From the NCBI GenBank assembly GCA_963802945.1, contig CAWDKY010000032.1:77797-141796 (forward strand): DNA of 64,000 bases, given 5' to 3'. The DNA is from an uncultured delta proteobacterium. Its GTDB lineage: Bacteria > Desulfobacterota > RBG-13-43-22. Of the stretch, positions 38,946 to 49,115 are shown one piece after another. Every line of letters begins with the position of its first letter. Positions within the stretch are counted from its first letter, which is position 1. The position numbers and the translations under genes are program-made. Under the pieces are notes generated by a model. That model did no database searches and was not told where the DNA came from. It was given only the letters and a program-made list of their open reading frames with translations.

Positions 38946-40102
38946 AATTTTCTGGCAGAAAGAAGGCTGTTGGGGTTGCCTTAGGCATTCTAATCATAAT
39001 ACTGCTGGGCTATCGACTGTTCTGGTATCGTCCCGCAGTGGCCGTAACCGTGGTTAAGAAGGCAGAGATTCAGAGCAAAGGCCATGGTCCGGGCACGGTG
39101 CAATCCAAAGTGCCGGTGACGGTGAGCACTAAAATTACTGGGATTTTGGAAAAACTCCATACCGATCAGGGGGATCAGGTGCAGAAAGGCCAACTCCTAG
39201 CTGAACTTGATATAGCTGAGCTGAGGGCCCGAACCGCCGCCGCCCGGGCAGCCAAGAATCGTGCCCAGCGAGACCTGGCGCGGGCCGAAGCCGATTTAGT
39301 CAAAGCCCAGGCTAACTTGGCCCTGGCTCAAAGCAATTATCAGCGGGACATGGAAGTATTCAAGCCTGGCTATATTTCACAGGCGACCTTTGACAACACT
39401 AAAGCCGCTCTTAAGGTGGCGGAGAGTGAAGTCAATGCATCTCAAGCTGCTGTGGCAGCTTTGCAGGCGCAGGTTGATCAGGAGGAATCGGAGACCCATG
39501 CGGCCGAGGCGGTATTTGCCTATGCCCACATCCTGGCGCCCATGAACGGGTTGATCACCGTGCGCAAGGCGGAGGTTGGAGATACAGTATCTCCCGGAAC
39601 ACCCATCTTTCAAATGGTGGATTACCAAATCTGGGCAGCCTCCTGGATTGATGAAACCAAGATAGCCCAACTGCGGGAGGGACAGAAAGCTTCGATCAAA
39701 CTGCGCTCGGGGCGAGTTTACCAAGGGGAGGTTATCCGCCTCAACAAAGAGGCCGATACCGTCACAAGGGAGTTGGAAGTCGATGTGAAATTTAACACCT
39801 TACCGCATCCCCTTGTTATCGGCGAAGAGACTGAGGTGGACATTGATACGGGCCGCCAAACTGCTTTGGCCGTTCCCTTATCTTCCATCATTAAACGGAA
39901 CGGCTCTCAAGGGGTGCTGGTGGTTTCCAAGGGTTTGGCAAGTTTCCGTCCCGTTGTTATTGGGTTGCAAGACGAGCACCAAGCTGCCGTCCTGGAGGGC
40001 CTCAGGGAGGGTGATATGGTAATAATTAATCCGGCGGGAATTGAACCGGGGAAACAAGTCAAGCCAGAAATTAAGTCCCCAGGGAAGAAGCAGAACCCAT
40101 GA
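38942..40102 (+). CDS. Efflux periplasmic adaptor (MFP)
   Basis: N-terminal TM, GDQVQKGQLLA lipoyl half, coiled coil, APMNG. Confidence 0.92.
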   Translation: MKFSGRKKAVGVALGILIIILLGYRLFWYRPAVAVTVVKKAEIQSKGHGPGTVQSKVPVTVSTKITGILEKLHTDQGDQVQKGQLLAELDIAELRARTAAARAAKNRAQRDLARAEADLVKAQANLALAQSNYQRDMEVFKPGYISQATFDNTKAALKVAESEVNASQAAVAALQAQVDQEESETHAAEAVFAYAHILAPMNGLITVRKAEVGDTVSPGTPIFQMVDYQIWAASWIDETKIAQLREGQKASIKLRSGRVYQGEVIRLNKEADTVTRELEVDVKFNTLPHPLVIGEETEVDIDTGRQTALAVPLSSIIKRNGSQGVLVVSKGLASFRPVVIGLQDEHQAAVLEGLREGDMVIINPAGIEPGKQVKPEIKSPGKKQNP

Positions 40103-40165
40103 GCTTAGTCGAATTCCATCTTAATTTATAAGCAGATGCTTAGCCCCCCTCTTTAAGGAGGATTG

Positions 40166-41365
40166 ATGGATTTAGCAGTCTATGACCTGAAGCTTCATAA
40201 AGTCCGGTTTATCGCCACGATTATCGGGATAAGCCTGCTGTTTACCATTGTACTCGCCATGAATGGCCTGTATCGTGGCAATATCTATGAAGGCCTCGCT
40301 CTCATCAAGGCCACTAATCCTGATCTGTGGGTGGTGGAAAGATATCGGGGCGGACCTTTTAACGAACAATCCACCATGCCCGAATTTTACCATTATAGTG
40401 TTAAGGCCATCCCTGGCGTAGAGAAAGCCAGTTCCTATATTTCTTATGCCGTGGAAAGGCAGATCGGGGGCAAGAGCCAACATTTCAGCATCGTCGGCTA
40501 TGATGTCTTTGGCGGGCTCGGAGGGCCGCAAAAGATCTACGCCGGGAGGAATATCGAGCACGCCCATTATGAAATGGTCGCTCATCCAAAATTAGGGGTG
40601 CACCTTGGGGACACGGTTCCTCTGGGCCTGCATACCTATACGGTGGTGGGTTTGACCCGGGAGTCGGTCGATCCGCAGGGGGATCCTTTGGCCTACTTGT
40701 CTCTGCCCGATGCCCAGGAAGTGCTCTTCCAAAAAGACAATGAAGAAGTTCGCAATCAGCGAGAACAACTGCTTCGCACCCTTTCCAGCCAGAGCTATTT
40801 ATCTGCAGCTCAGGCGGAAAAATTGCTCCCCAAGTTGGAGCCCGACACCCACATTATTAACGCCATCCTGGTAAAGCTGAGACCCGGGGCGAATCGCGCC
40901 GAGGTAGCTCGCCAGATCGAAAGCTGGCTCTATTTCAATGTCTTCACCACTCAGGAAGAAACCCAACTGGTGCTGAAAGGGCGATTGGCCGGCATGACTC
41001 AACAGCTTTTGCTTTTTAGAATCCTTCTGCTGATCATCTCCGTAATCATAATTTCCTTGGTTGTCCATACATTCACCATGGAAAAAATTCGCAGTATTGC
41101 TGTCATGAAACTCATCGGTGCTCCTAATTGGGTAATTGTCCGGATGGTGATGGAACAGTCGCTCCTTTTGACTATCAGCGCCTTTTTATTTGGACTGGTT
41201 CTGATCCAGAATACTTACCCCCTATTTCCCAAAACCATATTGAGAGTCCCCAGCGATGACCTGATTACTTTTATAATAGCCTTTGTCGGGGGTGTCCTTG
41301 CCAGTATTTTAGGGCTTTGGCAGGCATTAAAAACCGAACCCCATATGGCCCTGGGGGAACAATAA
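40166..41365 (+). CDS. ABC efflux permease (FtsX/MacB/DevC-like)
   Basis: N-terminal TM, periplasmic domain, EKIRSIAVMKLIGA and three C-terminal TMs. Confidence 0.88.
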   Translation: MDLAVYDLKLHKVRFIATIIGISLLFTIVLAMNGLYRGNIYEGLALIKATNPDLWVVERYRGGPFNEQSTMPEFYHYSVKAIPGVEKASSYISYAVERQIGGKSQHFSIVGYDVFGGLGGPQKIYAGRNIEHAHYEMVAHPKLGVHLGDTVPLGLHTYTVVGLTRESVDPQGDPLAYLSLPDAQEVLFQKDNEEVRNQREQLLRTLSSQSYLSAAQAEKLLPKLEPDTHIINAILVKLRPGANRAEVARQIESWLYFNVFTTQEETQLVLKGRLAGMTQQLLLFRILLLIISVIIISLVVHTFTMEKIRSIAVMKLIGAPNWVIVRMVMEQSLLLTISAFLFGLVLIQNTYPLFPKTILRVPSDDLITFIIAFVGGVLASILGLWQALKTEPHMALGEQ

Positions 41366-42051
41366 TGGAAGTCCTGAGAATCGAAGGCCTGAGTAAGATT
41401 TTCGGCACCGGTCGTTTAGAAGTTCGGGCACTCGAAGATATAAATCTATCCGTTTCGCAGGGCGACCTGGTTGCCCTCCTCGGACCCAGCGGGTCGGGCA
41501 AGACTACCTTGCTGCTATGCATCAGCTTGATTTTAGAACCCACCGGGGGCAAGATTCTTTTCGATGGTGAGACAATTTATCAAAAAAATGGTTGGGCGGA
41601 CGTGGACGTCCGCCGGCTGCGCCGGGAAAAAATAGGCTTCATCTTTCAGTCTCGCAATCTAATCCCTTTTCTCACTGCCCGACAAAATTTGCTTCTTCCT
41701 TTGAGCCTGGTGGGTCTGAAAGGAGCAGAAGCTGAGAGCCAGGTGAAAGACCTGCTGGAATATATGGAAATCGCTGACCGTGCCGATTACCTGCCCGCCA
41801 TTCTTTCCGGGGGTGAGCAGCAGCGAGTGGCCATCGCTCGCGCCCTGGCGAATAAGCCGAAGCTGATCCTGGCTGACGAACCTACAGGAGCCTTGGACAC
41901 CGCCAGGGGGATGCGGGTCATGGAATTGCTAAAGAAGATCGCCAAAGAAAATCAGTCGGCGGTAATTGTGGTGACCCACGATGTGCGAATGATTGAGGGG
42001 TTTGACTACGTTTACCATCTAAAAGATGGCCGCATCAACCATAACCAATAA
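41365..42051 (+). CDS. ABC ATP-binding protein (LolD/DevA-like)
   Basis: [25 protein letters not shown]. Confidence 0.95.
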   Translation: MEVLRIEGLSKIFGTGRLEVRALEDINLSVSQGDLVALLGPSGSGKTTLLLCISLILEPTGGKILFDGETIYQKNGWADVDVRRLRREKIGFIFQSRNLIPFLTARQNLLLPLSLVGLKGAEAESQVKDLLEYMEIADRADYLPAILSGGEQQRVAIARALANKPKLILADEPTGALDTARGMRVMELLKKIAKENQSAVIVVTHDVRMIEGFDYVYHLKDGRINHNQ

Positions 42052-42179
42052 TCACAGGGGTGCAAAACGGTTAGATCTTAATCTGCCAAATTTTATTCGA
42101 TTTATTCATCGAGGAGATTCTCTAGGCTTAGATTCCCGTTATCAGCCCAGGAATTCTTTATCCATTTGAATTTTGGACC

Positions 42180-42355
42180 TAAAAACATATTCTATCGAGA
42201 TATTGACCATCTTTTCCTCCTCCGGTGCGGACAGTGATTGGGGACCTTTCCAGCACTGAACGTGTTCTAAAGGGGTTGCATATTGGTTTAACAGTGTTTG
42301 TTTGATTAAGTATCTTTGCGAACAAATCATTCCTTCACCACCCCACTCACTTTCA
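42180..42355. repeat. 176-bp direct repeat, right copy
   Basis: Matches 37285-37460. Confidence 0.95.
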
Positions 42356-42590
42356 ACTGAAAATTAGTAACGTCTCCCGGGGACTTCGTCAAAAAGAAAA
42401 TGAAGATGCCCCGATTCCCCTACAATCTCTGAAGATACTTTACAAGCCGCCTCATTTGGCAGTGAGGCGGCCTGAAGAGTTCAAACCATAATCCTCAGTT
42501 TTGAGTCCTGCTCCCAAGCAAGAGTAATAGGTGTAAGCCGCAAGAAGAGTTATCTGGACACTGTACGTCAACCCAAATGCTGGTCAGGAC

Positions 42591-42727
42591 AATTATTTCG
42601 AGATGTTTTATAACAGCGATCGCCTTCATTCGTCTCTGAACTATAATACCCCTAATGATGTTGAAAGAAACTTCTTTTTGGCTAATGTAGCTTAACCCCC
42701 CTGTCCATTTTTAGTTGACTAGATCCA
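42591..42727 (+). pseudogene. IS3-family transposase 3' remnant with right IR
   Basis: YFEMFYNSDRLHSSLNYNTP...* followed by TGTCCATTTTTAGTTGACTAGATCCA. Confidence 0.75.
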
Positions 42728-42944
42728 TTCCCAACTTTCACCAAACTCAGCCCTTGCCACATCTGCCTTGGGGATGTCCCATCTTAATATCTTCCTCTTT
42801 TCTGGGGACATTTTGACTTTGTTATCGTATACCTTAGCTTTTATATTTGACTCTTGTTTCCTCCCTATTTTATACTTTGATCTCTTGGAAGAGGATTCAG
42901 TCAAAATAATAACTAATTCATTCTTATGAAAAGGAGACGTTACG

Positions 42945-44489
42945 ATGATTAAAACAGTCGAACAGTATCTTGAGAGCTTAAACGACGGCCGGCAGATCTG
43001 GTGTCTGGGAGAAAAGGTGGCCGATGTTCGAACCCATCCCACCCTCAGCAGTATCATCAAATCCGCCTGCATGGACTATGTCCTGCCCAATCATCCTGAT
43101 TTCCGGGACTTGTTCGTAACCAAGAACGAAGAAGGGGAGGATATTAATTTCCTGCTGACCTCTCCCAGATCTCCACAAGATCTACTACGAAGGAGGGAAT
43201 GTTACATCAATGGCGTCCGATCGGGCGGTGGGGTGATGGTTCATTGCATGGGCGCCGATGCCCTGGCTGCCTTTACCGTAGCGGCCGAGGTCATGGATAA
43301 GGAAATCAAGACCCATTATACGGAGCGGGTGGAAAATTATCGGAAAGTGCTGCAAAAACAGGACCTGGCCATCACCGGCGCCATCACCGACGTCAAAGGG
43401 GATAGGAGTATCCATGCCTCGAAACAGAAACAGCACCCGGACTATTATTTGAGAATCGTGGATAAACAGAAAGACGGCATCGTGGTGCGAGGGGCCAAGG
43501 TGCATATCAGCGCCACCCCTTGTTCCAATGAAGCCCTCTGCCTGCCCTGCCGGACCCATGGTGAGGAAGACAAGGATTATGCCTTGGCCTTTGCCATTCC
43601 TCTTAATACACCGGGCATCAAACTTTTAGCCGTGGAACCGGTATCACGAACCTATGGCGAAGAAGGGGAATTTGATTATCCCAAGACCAGCGCCACCCAG
43701 CCTACGGAGTGCCTCATCGTTTTTGATGATGTCTTTGTGCCCTGGGAACGGGTCTTCATGTGTGGGGAATGGCAGTACACACGCAACCTGGCCTATGCTT
43801 TTGCCAGCTATCACCGTCTTTTCGGCACCTGTAAGATGATCGGAAAGCTGGAGATCATCACTGGAACGGCGGCCCTGCTGGCCGAGTATAACGGGGTCGA
43901 GAATATGAACCATATCAGAAAAAAGCTGGCCTGGATGGCCATGATCACGGAATCGGTGGCCCTGCTGGGTAAGGCGGCTTGTCTTGATCCGATAACGGAA
44001 TTCGGGCACGATGTGGTCATGCCCAACCGGATGGCCATCAATGCCTCCAAGTACACCTTCGCCAGTAATTTTCACCAGATGTGCCAGCACCTGCAGGATA
44101 TCGCCGGAGGACTTTCAGCCACGGTGCCGACCTTCCGGGATTGGAACAATGCCGAAATACGTCCTTACATAGAAAAATATCTGAGTGCCAAGGACGGTGT
44201 TTCCACTGAAGACCGGCTAAGGGTGATGCGTCTGGCCAAGGATATGACCTGCAACTTTTATCAGATCGACACGATTCACGGGGAGGGGTCCATGGCCGCG
44301 CAAGAGATGTTTATTTACGGTAGTGCCGACTGGAATAAGCTCAAATCCGCGGCCAAACGGGCCGCCCATGTGAACGGTTGGCAGGATAATCCTATCTACG
44401 GAAAACTATTATCGGTCAAAGAACAGGTCAAAATGCCGGCCATTGACGAATCCTATAAAAGCATTCCGAAAACGGCCAAGAAAAAATAA
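42945..44489 (+). CDS. 4-hydroxybutyryl-CoA dehydratase (AbfD)/HpaB-family flavoprotein, paralog 1
   Basis: YLESLNDGR, TDVKGDRS, GAKVHIS, VFDDVFVPWERVF, HGEGS. Confidence 0.85.
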   Translation: MIKTVEQYLESLNDGRQIWCLGEKVADVRTHPTLSSIIKSACMDYVLPNHPDFRDLFVTKNEEGEDINFLLTSPRSPQDLLRRRECYINGVRSGGGVMVHCMGADALAAFTVAAEVMDKEIKTHYTERVENYRKVLQKQDLAITGAITDVKGDRSIHASKQKQHPDYYLRIVDKQKDGIVVRGAKVHISATPCSNEALCLPCRTHGEEDKDYALAFAIPLNTPGIKLLAVEPVSRTYGEEGEFDYPKTSATQPTECLIVFDDVFVPWERVFMCGEWQYTRNLAYAFASYHRLFGTCKMIGKLEIITGTAALLAEYNGVENMNHIRKKLAWMAMITESVALLGKAACLDPITEFGHDVVMPNRMAINASKYTFASNFHQMCQHLQDIAGGLSATVPTFRDWNNAEIRPYIEKYLSAKDGVSTEDRLRVMRLAKDMTCNFYQIDTIHGEGSMAAQEMFIYGSADWNKLKSAAKRAAHVNGWQDNPIYGKLLSVKEQVKMPAIDESYKSIPKTAKKK

Positions 44490-44502
44490 AGAGGGATGCT
44501 CT

Positions 44503-46158
44503 ATGATTTTTAGACCGCCTTTCTCTCGGCAGTTACCGAACCTTTTGCTGGGCCTTCTGTTGGCCTGGTCGATCGTTTCCTTTCCGGTTTCCCAAAACGC
44601 CTGGGCGGAACCCGCCAAGACCACGGAAATCATTCAGTTGGATACCGGGAAGATAACCGGTCTGATCATCGGCAGAGATCCCGAAATCCATGTCTTTAAG
44701 GGGATTCCCTACGCTGCCCCGCCTGTAGGGAGGCTGCGTTGGAAACCGCCGCAGCCGGTGAAGCCCTGGCAGGGTGTGAGATATTACGATACATTCGGTC
44801 CTGCCAGTCCCCAACCGGATACCCTTTCTCGTTTCTATAGACTCAAGTTCGACAAAATCAGCGAGGACTGCCTTTACCTCAATGTCTGGACTCCGGTTAA
44901 GGACTCCAAAGAAGCCCTCCCGGTCATGTTTTGGATTCATGGCGGTGGGAATATTTCAGGGGCCGGGTCCACACCTTCTTATGACGGCGAGGCCCTGGCC
45001 CGGCAGGGCGTGGTCCTGGTCAGTATCAACTATCGCCTTGGCCCGTTTGGGTTTTTCGCCCATCCCCTACTGTCTAAAGAATCCGGTCGTAATACATCCG
45101 GCAATTATGGTCTCCTCGATCAGATCGCTGCCCTTCAGTGGGTTCAGAAGAACATCCGTGCTTTTGGAGGCAATCCGAATCGAGTGACCATCTTCGGGGA
45201 ATCGGCCGGTGGGTTAAATGTCTGCTGCCTGATGACCTCTCCTTTGGCCAAGGGTTTGTTTCACCGGGCCATTGCCGAGAGCGGACATGCCTTCGGCCGT
45301 ATTCGGCATCTGCGAGAGACATGGTATGGACAGGAGTCCTTGGAAAAACAGGGGGAACAAATTACAAAAGAACTGGGATGTGCGGATGTTCCTGATCCCC
45401 TGACTGCCCTGCGCGCGCTTAGCACCGAAAAGATTCTGGAAGGATCCAAACCCATCCTGGGTTTCGGCGGGGAAATTGGGAATCGTTTTGGCCCCGGGGT
45501 GGACGGTTGGGCGATTCCCGATGATATCAATGCCATCTTTGAACAGGGGAAACAGAACGATGTTCCCTTAATCGCCGGGACCAATGCCAACGAGGGGATA
45601 ATATTTACATTGAATCCTAACATAAAGACTGTCGAGGCCTATAAATTGACGGCCAAGGCCCTGTATGGACGATTCTCAGATGATTTCCTGGCCATGTATC
45701 CCGTCAAGGAATCCTCGGAAATCAGAAAGGCATTAAGTGACGCTATCGGGGACCTGGGGTTTATTGCCGGAGCACGTACTTTTGTCCGCGGGATGCATAC
45801 GGTTAAATCCAAGGCCTATCTGTATCATTTCACCATGAAACCTCAGGGACCGATCGGAGAAATCCTGGGCGCATTTCATGGAGCGGAAATTCCCTTGGTG
45901 TTTGACAACCTACATAAAGGTCAACTCCCTCCGGATGAAAAGCACCAAGCGTTGGCTAAAGTGATGAGCGGCTATTGGGTGCAGTTCGCCAAAACAGGAG
46001 ATCCCAACAGAGAGGGTTTTCCCACATGGCCGGCTTATAATGCCAAGGGGGATCAGCACCTGGAATTTGGTGAGACGGTCAAGATGGGCAGTGGTCTTCG
46101 CAAGGCGGCCTGTGACCTTTTCGACAACATCCTGGCCGAACAGAGAAAAAACAGGTAG
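44503..46158 (+). CDS. Secreted type-B carboxylesterase
   Basis: GIPYAAPP, EDCLYLNVW, HGGG, GESAG, FHGAE. Confidence 0.95.
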   Translation: MIFRPPFSRQLPNLLLGLLLAWSIVSFPVSQNAWAEPAKTTEIIQLDTGKITGLIIGRDPEIHVFKGIPYAAPPVGRLRWKPPQPVKPWQGVRYYDTFGPASPQPDTLSRFYRLKFDKISEDCLYLNVWTPVKDSKEALPVMFWIHGGGNISGAGSTPSYDGEALARQGVVLVSINYRLGPFGFFAHPLLSKESGRNTSGNYGLLDQIAALQWVQKNIRAFGGNPNRVTIFGESAGGLNVCCLMTSPLAKGLFHRAIAESGHAFGRIRHLRETWYGQESLEKQGEQITKELGCADVPDPLTALRALSTEKILEGSKPILGFGGEIGNRFGPGVDGWAIPDDINAIFEQGKQNDVPLIAGTNANEGIIFTLNPNIKTVEAYKLTAKALYGRFSDDFLAMYPVKESSEIRKALSDAIGDLGFIAGARTFVRGMHTVKSKAYLYHFTMKPQGPIGEILGAFHGAEIPLVFDNLHKGQLPPDEKHQALAKVMSGYWVQFAKTGDPNREGFPTWPAYNAKGDQHLEFGETVKMGSGLRKAACDLFDNILAEQRKNR

Positions 46159-46265
46159 CGGCAGGCGTTGGAGAAAGAAGGATTTTTGTTTTTCGAGGTA
46201 AAGATGTCAGGGTTCCGATGAGGTAGGATTTTAATCTTTTAGCAGGATGCGGAAAACTCTTTTTT

Positions 46266-46459
46266 ACAGGTTGCTCAAAAAGGTTCTGTCGGCCTCCTTG
46301 GAGGCCTTTTATATAGGTCGGCAAAGCCGACCGGCTACAAGGCGCCCGAAACCCCGAGGAATGAGGCGTACATGGAAGTACGACGCAATAAACCTGCCAC
46401 GCCGAAAGGCGGGGAGAGATGAGGGCAACGCAGTAGATGGGCCTTTTTCAGCAACCTGT
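46266..46459. repeat. MITE/REP-like element, copy B
   Basis: IR ACAGGTTGCTCAAAAAGG...CCTTTTTCAGCAACCTGT; internal hairpins; abuts the ADH stop codon. Confidence 0.85.
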
Positions 46460-47553
46460 TAGAATTCCAAAATCGCCCGTCCTTGGATACGTCCCGCTTC
46501 CAAGGCCGCGACCGCCTCGTTCACCTGGTCAAGGGTGAACCGCTCTGTAACCAGGACATTCAGATCGAGCTGGCCGCTTTTGTGCCACTCAAGGAAAATA
46601 GGGAAGTCCCGATCTGGATGACAGGAACCCCCATTACTTCCGATAAACTTCTTCTCATTGATCAGAATGTCCAGGGCGTTCATTTCCATCTTGGTCTGCG
46701 GTATTCCAACCAAGACGGCCGTACCGCCAACCGAATCTCCAAACGTACCTGCTCGAACAACTCGAAGGATCTGCTCCATGGTCACTTTTTGCCCGATGCA
46801 GTCAAAAGCAAAGTCCACCCCGGCAACAGGTCTTTTAAGGGGGTCGAAGATCCCGACGTGCTCAGTCAGCTTTCGGATCGCTTTGACCGGATCCTCCTTT
46901 GAGGCATTGATGGTCGCTGTGGCCCCAAACCGACGGGCGAATTCCAACTTGCCGTCATTCAGGTCCACGGCGATGATGGGGTCGGCTCCCACCACCTTGG
47001 CTGCGGCGAGTGCGGAGAGTCCCACGCCTCCGACACCGAAGACGGCCACGCTTTCCCCTTTCTTCACACCGGCGGTATAGAGGACCGCCCCGGCGCCGGT
47101 CATCACTGCACAGGCAATCACCGCTGTAACATCTTTCACTGTGTCCTCAGGTATCCGGACCACGTACTGCTCATCAGCAATCGTCTGATCCGCCCAAGTA
47201 AAAACATTTTGAGACACCGCTAAAGTCCCGTCAGGTAATTTTAATGTAGCCGCCTTGGTGATCCGCGGATTGGTAGCCTTGTTTCTGGGAACCCAGGTTA
47301 CCAGCACCAGATCCCCCTCCTTCACATGAAAGACATCGCTCCCCTTGGCTATGACGACACCTGTGGACTCATGGCCCAGAACAACTGGGGTAGTCCTCGG
47401 CAAGTGGATCTGGTGGAGCTGGCTATGGCACACACCGCTTGAGAACTGCTTGATCACAACTTCGTGGGGACCAGGGTCAGGCAGATTCACTTCGACAATG
47501 GAGAGATGTCCTTTGTCCTGCGGTACTACGGCGACACGGGCTGGTGTTGGCAT
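46459..47553 (-). CDS. Zinc-dependent alcohol dehydrogenase (MDR family)
   Basis: GVCHS, GHE, CAVMTG, GVGGVG. Confidence 0.92.
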   Translation of the reverse strand: MPTPARVAVVPQDKGHLSIVEVNLPDPGPHEVVIKQFSSGVCHSQLHQIHLPRTTPVVLGHESTGVVIAKGSDVFHVKEGDLVLVTWVPRNKATNPRITKAATLKLPDGTLAVSQNVFTWADQTIADEQYVVRIPEDTVKDVTAVIACAVMTGAGAVLYTAGVKKGESVAVFGVGGVGLSALAAAKVVGADPIIAVDLNDGKLEFARRFGATATINASKEDPVKAIRKLTEHVGIFDPLKRPVAGVDFAFDCIGQKVTMEQILRVVRAGTFGDSVGGTAVLVGIPQTKMEMNALDILINEKKFIGSNGGSCHPDRDFPIFLEWHKSGQLDLNVLVTERFTLDQVNEAVAALEAGRIQGRAILEF

Positions 47554-48150
47554 GGAAAAGGCCTCCAATTGATAAAAAATTTTTCCAATTATAGTATATA
47601 TAATATAGACCTTAGTAAGTCAAGATAATTTGATTGTTTTTCTCCTTGACCTATCAAGGGGGCTTTTTTTATAGTACCATTATTATATTATGAAGATATT
47701 AATGGCCCCAAAATAACATAGACCATATTTTCTGTCAGGGGTTGGAGGGTTCTCTTTTCTGGGTTGTCCAAAAGGTAACGCATAGCCAAAACTGGGACCC
47801 GCTCCAAAGGAGTGGGCATGAGCATGGCTTTAGATGCGAAGAAATCCGGCCCGGATCTCGCCCGAGGCAGGATTTGGCCCGGCAAAGAAGCTTGAGGCCT
47901 TATGGTTAGGAGCCATTGGTTCGATAAAGAGAGATTATTTCTCACCCCAAAAAGAAGAACCGTTAAGATTCAGTTGCTGTATCCGCCTAATCCTTTTCCA
48001 CTTCGGGGCGCCATCGTCAAGGTCTTATGGTCAAAAACCCGTTTATTCCGAACGACCTTTTTGCTTGACATAGTGCCCTGAAGGAGTTACTCGTTTTCCC
48101 TCAAAGAAAGGGCCGGCTATTGAGAAAATTTGTATCCGAAGGAGAAAGAA

Positions 48151-48597
48151 ATGTTTGAAAAAATATTATTCCCTACCGACTTTTCCGATGTGGCTGCCAG
48201 GGCTCTGGAATTTGTAAAACAATTGAAAGATTCCGGGGCAAAAGAGGTCGTTGTCTTAAACGTCATCGAAGAAAAATATTTCTATCTTTCGGAAGAATAT
48301 CCGACTATCGATCTGGAAACATTGGACAAGAATCTGAAAAAGGATGTGATGAAAAAAATGGCTGTCGTAGCCAACGCCCTTTATGAAAAAGGTTTTAAGG
48401 TAAAGGTGATAACAGCCAAAGGGGTCCCGGCGAGTGAAATCATCCGGATCGAACAGGAAGAGCAGGTATCCATTATTGTTCTTGGATCTCATGGAATGAG
48501 CAATATCAGAGAAATGCTTCTGGGATCGGTTTCGGAGGCAGTCATCAGAAAATCCAAGCAGCCGGTGCTGGTCGTCAAAAGACAGTCCAAGGTATAG
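48151..48597 (+). CDS. Universal stress protein
   Basis: ILFPTDFS, IVLGSHG, LLGSVSE, PVLVV. Confidence 0.96.
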   Translation: MFEKILFPTDFSDVAARALEFVKQLKDSGAKEVVVLNVIEEKYFYLSEEYPTIDLETLDKNLKKDVMKKMAVVANALYEKGFKVKVITAKGVPASEIIRIEQEEQVSIIVLGSHGMSNIREMLLGSVSEAVIRKSKQPVLVVKRQSKV

Positions 48598-49115
48598 TCT
48601 GTTTCTGCGGGAAGTTGAAAACCAACGGCTGTATTTCTTCTTCGGCGAAATTCAACAGGAAATACTTTTTAGAAGGGGTGGTTGTTTTATTACCAAATGC
48701 AATAAATAGATTGCCTTTTTGCCACAGACAAAATAGACAACTGCAGACAAAACCTGATAAAATAACGCCCGTAGTTGTCCGTGTGGGTCCGTGGCCAAAA
48801 ACTAATTATGGTATCTTTTTTGTGCACCGTATTGAAAGCAATCAATTTTACGCTCTGCTTACTAACTGTAATTAAAGACAATTATGCCTTTCTGTTGGAT
48901 GAGAATTCAAAAATAGATTGAGAAGATCTCGAAAAATGGTCGGTCAAGGACGCATAAAAATAAATTGGAAACTGTGGCTCATGAATTATTGGACAAAAGT
49001 CTTAAAGTCAAAGCAAACTGGATTTTTCGTAAAAAACCCGATTATGGCGTGGCCAAGGCCAAATCAGAAACCTCTCTGGGTGGGAGTTGAATTGGGTATA
49101 GGGAGGGGATGATCA

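Noticed and set aside
47690-48120. Long intergenic region as a possible riboswitch or ncRNA
   Set aside because: I recognised no consensus of a known RNA family by eye; an Rfam cmscan would be needed.
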